A stretch of 63,946 bases of DNA, the filler included, from Octopus bimaculoides (taxonomy: Eukaryota), in NCBI RefSeq assembly GCF_001194135.2. It is 7 parts of 7 records of this genome, joined end to end, with 100 filler letters (N's around TTAATTAATTAA, not from the genome) between each part and the next. Parts side by side here need not be neighbours in the genome. Positions count along the whole stretch, not along the records: positions 60,573 to 63,946 come from NC_068997.1; 6 more parts are not named here. One strand, given 5' to 3'. This document shows positions 63,348 through 63,946 of this stretch, in pieces (positions within the stretch are counted from its first letter, which is position 1; the number at the start of each line of letters is the position of its first letter). The notes beneath the pieces are model-generated. The model saw nothing but the letters and a program-made list of their open reading frames with translations, was not told the DNA's origin and made no database searches. A program made the translations under genes and the position numbers.

Positions 63348-63544
63348 AGAGTGATGGTTCTAATAAAGGTTCGACTGATGCGTTTAGCACAGAATTTCGG
63401 ATTCAGACACAAGATTACCAAGGGGAAAAGAGAAAAGGCAACATTTTGTCAAAAGGTTATGTGTTTAGGTTCAGTGAAAGAGAACGTTTTTGTCTCAATA
63501 TCTTTGATGATGGAAATAATGCATGTCTGGTGTGTAATATCTAA
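63348..63544 (+). CDS. Candidate downstream exon of the PAN gene
   Basis: Acceptor TTTTCGTTCCAG, phase-1 compatible; ESDGSNK...SKGYVFRFSERERFCLNIF...ACLVCNI*. Confidence 0.35.
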
Positions 63545-63946
63545 GTTGTGTATAGATAACATTAGTCTGTGAGGAAGATGAAAAAGCATCTTACAATATA
63601 TGAGGATTTGATACGAGTTTTACTTAAATTGCGTACAATAATTACAGAAGATTAACTGAATGTGTGAAATACGGATTCGATTTTTTTCACATATTAAACG
63701 AAGAAATTTGGAAAGAAATTGGGTAACTCATCCACAAACGCATGAAAATCCTCAACCTGGATCAAATCACAATTGCTCACAATCCTGATCACCACTCTTT
63801 GTTTGTTTGTCTATTCATTATTTTCTTTATCCACATATTTTCAGTTTCATTCATTTTCAATTTCTTGTATAGTACTTTATCTTTGCAATCTTTCATCCTA
63901 CCTAAGCCTGACCTTCCTACTTCTAATAATAGCAGTTCTGTGGCAT

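Overview
AT-rich, microsatellite-dense eukaryotic DNA, most likely an octopus/coleoid draft genome (inferred from the SINE families and the CA/TA/AAT microsatellite load). The window is not contiguous: six 100-nt artificial linkers (44 N + TTAATTAATTAA + 44 N) join seven separate scaffold pieces. Most recognisable sequence is transposon debris: tRNA-derived SINEs; RTE, CR1/L2, Tx1/L1, R4/Dong and Penelope retroelements; and Tc1, mariner, pogo/Tigger, hAT and Helitron pieces. Host-gene candidates: (i) a long open frame at 54409/54571-56588 with nested tandem repeats, 10 visible RGD motifs and no lysine in about 640 readable residues; (ii) a spliced secreted PAN/apple-domain gene or pseudogene at 62282-63544; (iii) an isolated first coding exon at 28691-28953. 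The most unusual non-coding structure is a 1.5-kb palindrome at 18770-20290 with head-to-head (TTAGGG)n/(CCCTAA)n arrays at its centre. No database searches were run; family names come from motif recognition.
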